Below, one piece after another: positions 61,293 to 64,000 of a DNA stretch of 64,000 nucleotides; within the stretch, counting starts at the first letter, position 1; each line of letters opens with the position of its first letter. Source of the DNA: Vairimorpha necatrix (lineage: Eukaryota); the NCBI GenBank assembly GCA_036630325.1, contig CP142737.1, positions 806,001-870,000 on the forward strand. The letters run 5' to 3'. The notes under the pieces are model-generated. The model had not been told where the DNA came from, made no database searches, and saw only the letters and a program-made list of their open reading frames with translations. Position numbers and translations under genes: made by a program.

Positions 61293-62844
61293 TTTATTTA
61301 ATATTCTTTGAATCCGTGAAACCGCTTAGCGCTGCAATGACCTTTAGATATTTTCGGGACCTTTGATGGTCTAAAGCTACACAAGTATGTTTAATGACAA
61401 TGTATATAAACAGAAACAAATCGAATTGTATATGTATAAATGAAGATTCCGACAACCCCCCATTTACTAATATCTATTTCGCATATTTTTTTTTATAAAA
61501 ACTTATAAGCAGCTGATAAGAAGTATGTCAAAAAATAATAAATGTACATTAAAAACAAATATTTGGCAAGCGAAAAGGCTAAATATCAAAAAATCAAATT
61601 TATATTGCAAAAAAATTAAAATGATCATTATTTGGTCGTATTATTACTAACCTCAAATATTGATAATAACTTGATTATTATTCTTTTTCCTAGACATAAT
61701 AAGAAGAACCAATTGTAATCTTTTAGTTCATTTTATTATTTAGATATATTATATGTACATATAAAGTATTTGTGTTTTTCGGACAAGTTTTTGGTATCAT
61801 CTCTAAACTTCAAGAGCAGCATCAAATGTTCCAGGTTCATCTCAGAATAATTTAAAGAGATTTTATTACTCAGTATAAGACATTAAGCTTACCATATACA
61901 GAATGCCGAAAATTGATGAATTTTAGATCTAAAATCATGTAGATCTAGAAAAAAAATTTAAAATATAAAACAAACTAACATCATATTTTTTTTTGCTAAA
62001 AAAAAGTATGTAGATAAGAAACAGGGCAAATTGTTGACTATCAGTAAAAGCAAATGTTTTTTTAGAATGTCTCATGTCTAGATCCAAGAACTATGATGGT
62101 AGGTTAAAATCGTAATGAATGTACAAAATTGTTGTGAAAAAACTAAAGTTTTAATACGAAATTAAAGTCGCTATTTGGAGTGCAATGTGCAGTTTTGTCG
62201 CAAAAACCCCCAAAACTTAGAAGTCAATAAGATTGAATATAATGGGCCATTTAGATATTTCTTGATATTAAAATTAAAAACGAAACAATCTGCATAATTT
62301 TTTTTGCACATGTGTTAGAAATTTTGTATAAGTTAAATAATAAATTTAATTATCTTGAAAACATTCATAATTACTGTCTAATAAAGCAATATGTTTTCAA
62401 TCATGAAGTTTTTCCTTATAAATCTGTAAGGTTTGAGATAAAGACGTTGTAGTTCTTGGAGGATCAAATTATAAAAATTTGTTATTGTAAAAATATACGT
62501 CTAGAAATTATATTAATCGATAAGCCGTTAATTAAACGTTTTATGAGTATTGTCGAAATAATAAGGTAAAAATGATTTATTAATAGATATAATTAAACCG
62601 TAGAAAGTATTATTTAGAACTTGTGAATATCTCATCTGTTATGTGATACTTTTGACCTGATTTTGATTATTGATTTATAAAAAATAAATCCTTTTTCGAA
62701 CAACAATAAAATTAATAAAAAAATAAAAGTAAAAGCTAGTGTTTTATTCATTTGTATTGGTTGTATATTTTTTTAAGCACTTTATAATATTACTTATTTA
62801 GTTTTTTAAAATATATATATATGTCCTTTTTGCATCCCATTATT

Positions 62845-63393
62845 ATGAAATTATTGTTATTAGTAAAATTGCTAAAAATAGTCAAATCTATTGATGTACC
62901 AGGACCTATATTTGTGTCCAAAATAACATATATTATAGGATTGGAAACATACGAACAAAGGAAAATATTGAAAAATATATATTTATGTTTCAATGAAAAA
63001 GTTGACGAGAAAACACTTTTATTTGTCGCTGCAAGTTTACATAATACATCTAATTTTACTGTGTTTTCTTTGCCTCGTATGTGGGATAAGTATAAAAGTA
63101 GAGGATTATTGCAAATATGTTTTAAGCGTAATTATCAAAAACTTACTGATTTATCGAGCACATTTAATTATGTAAAAACACCAAATATGTTAAATAGTAC
63201 TGATAAAATAGTGATTGGCGATTGTATAAGATTTTTTGAATATAAATTATCTAATTGCTATACTTTTGAAAATTACGTAGAATCTATGGGACTAGGTGAG
63301 TATGAAAACATAAAGTGTAGAAGTGATATATTAAACTTTAAAGGAATCTATATAAAACTATGTGAAGCTTTTTTGGTGAAATTGTATAATTAA
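62845..63393 (+). CDS. Secreted GH19-like protein, paralog 2 (182 aa)
   Basis: CCCATTATT-ATG at 62845, leader MKLLLLVKLLKIVKS, and YKSRGLLQICFKRNY. Collinear with paralog 1. Confidence 0.78.
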   Translation: MKLLLLVKLLKIVKSIDVPGPIFVSKITYIIGLETYEQRKILKNIYLCFNEKVDEKTLLFVAASLHNTSNFTVFSLPRMWDKYKSRGLLQICFKRNYQKLTDLSSTFNYVKTPNMLNSTDKIVIGDCIRFFEYKLSNCYTFENYVESMGLGEYENIKCRSDILNFKGIYIKLCEAFLVKLYN

Positions 63394-63464
63394 ATACTAT
63401 TTATGATGTATATGAATATTATTCTTATGTGATGACTTTGGATGTATAGTAACTAATTTAGAGA

Positions 63465-63712
63465 GCGAGCATACCAAAGAGCTCTAATTAGGACACAGAA
63501 TTGAAGCATATATACAAACAAGAGTCTTTTAAATAATTTTAGAATATTTGACCATATCAGTCAGACATGGGCTTGATACTGATCTGGAAGAAGTATTTGA
63601 GAGTCCATTGTGTGGGTTCCAGAAGGAACTCCGGGAACTGTCTAAGAGACTGTAAGCGTATCTTGTGAAGAGTAATTATCAAGTAAGATTTTATCTTATA
63701 CCTAAATAAAGT
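63465..63712 (+). mobile_element. 3'-terminal fragment of a non-LTR retrotransposon
   Basis: Translates as IEAYIQTRV and is homologous to the reverse complement of 18280-18510. Confidence 0.68.
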
Positions 63713-64000
63713 ATTTTTGTTTTTCCTTTAAAAGTTTATCTAAAGACAATTTTGTTAGTAAAAATTTTGCCATATTAAATCATAAGAGAGTTTTAATTAA
63801 AGTTCAACTGTATTTTTACATAATGAGAACCTCAATAAACGACAATTTAGCAAATAATTTAGGTCTATTGACAGACAAGTTTTTTAAATTATACGATCAA
63901 ATTAGATCTTAATGATTACATTTTTTGTACTATGTGAATTTCTTTTCTTCTAACATTATAAAGAAGTTTTTATGTTCCTGAATCGTTAAAAACAATGAAG

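Overview
This is a very AT-rich eukaryotic window with the hallmarks of a large-genome microsporidian (inferred, species not determined): CCC motifs just upstream of start codons, very reduced core proteins, a 30-nt GTAAGT...TAAT...AG intron directly after the RPS8 start, and a minimal mitosomal PAM18. The layout is bimodal. A dense housekeeping island at about 28.0-35.8 kb holds RPB5, a J-like/zinc-finger gene, HRD1, PAM18, a HIT hydrolase, RPC19, RPS8, tRNA-Pro, CTF4 and tRNA-Phe. It is flanked by gene-sparse, transposon-rich DNA carrying paralogous candidate effector families: three secreted acidic repeat proteins, three serpins with non-canonical hinges, and two secreted GH19-like proteins lacking the catalytic Glu. 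Mobile elements include a MULE remnant, a Merlin element nested in a second TIR element (8-bp TSD), a complete but decayed 3.4-kb Ty3/gypsy element with ~70-bp LTRs, a 742-bp mini-LTR element, and several non-LTR retrotransposon remnants. Two elements look young: a near-intact RepHel Helitron fused head-to-tail to a mini-Helitron, and a 2.3-kb element with apparently identical, hairpin-rich LTRs, no tRNA primer site, and one intact ORF encoding only Gag-protease plus an integrase tail. No CRISPR array or rRNA gene was seen. All calls are by eye; no database searches were run.
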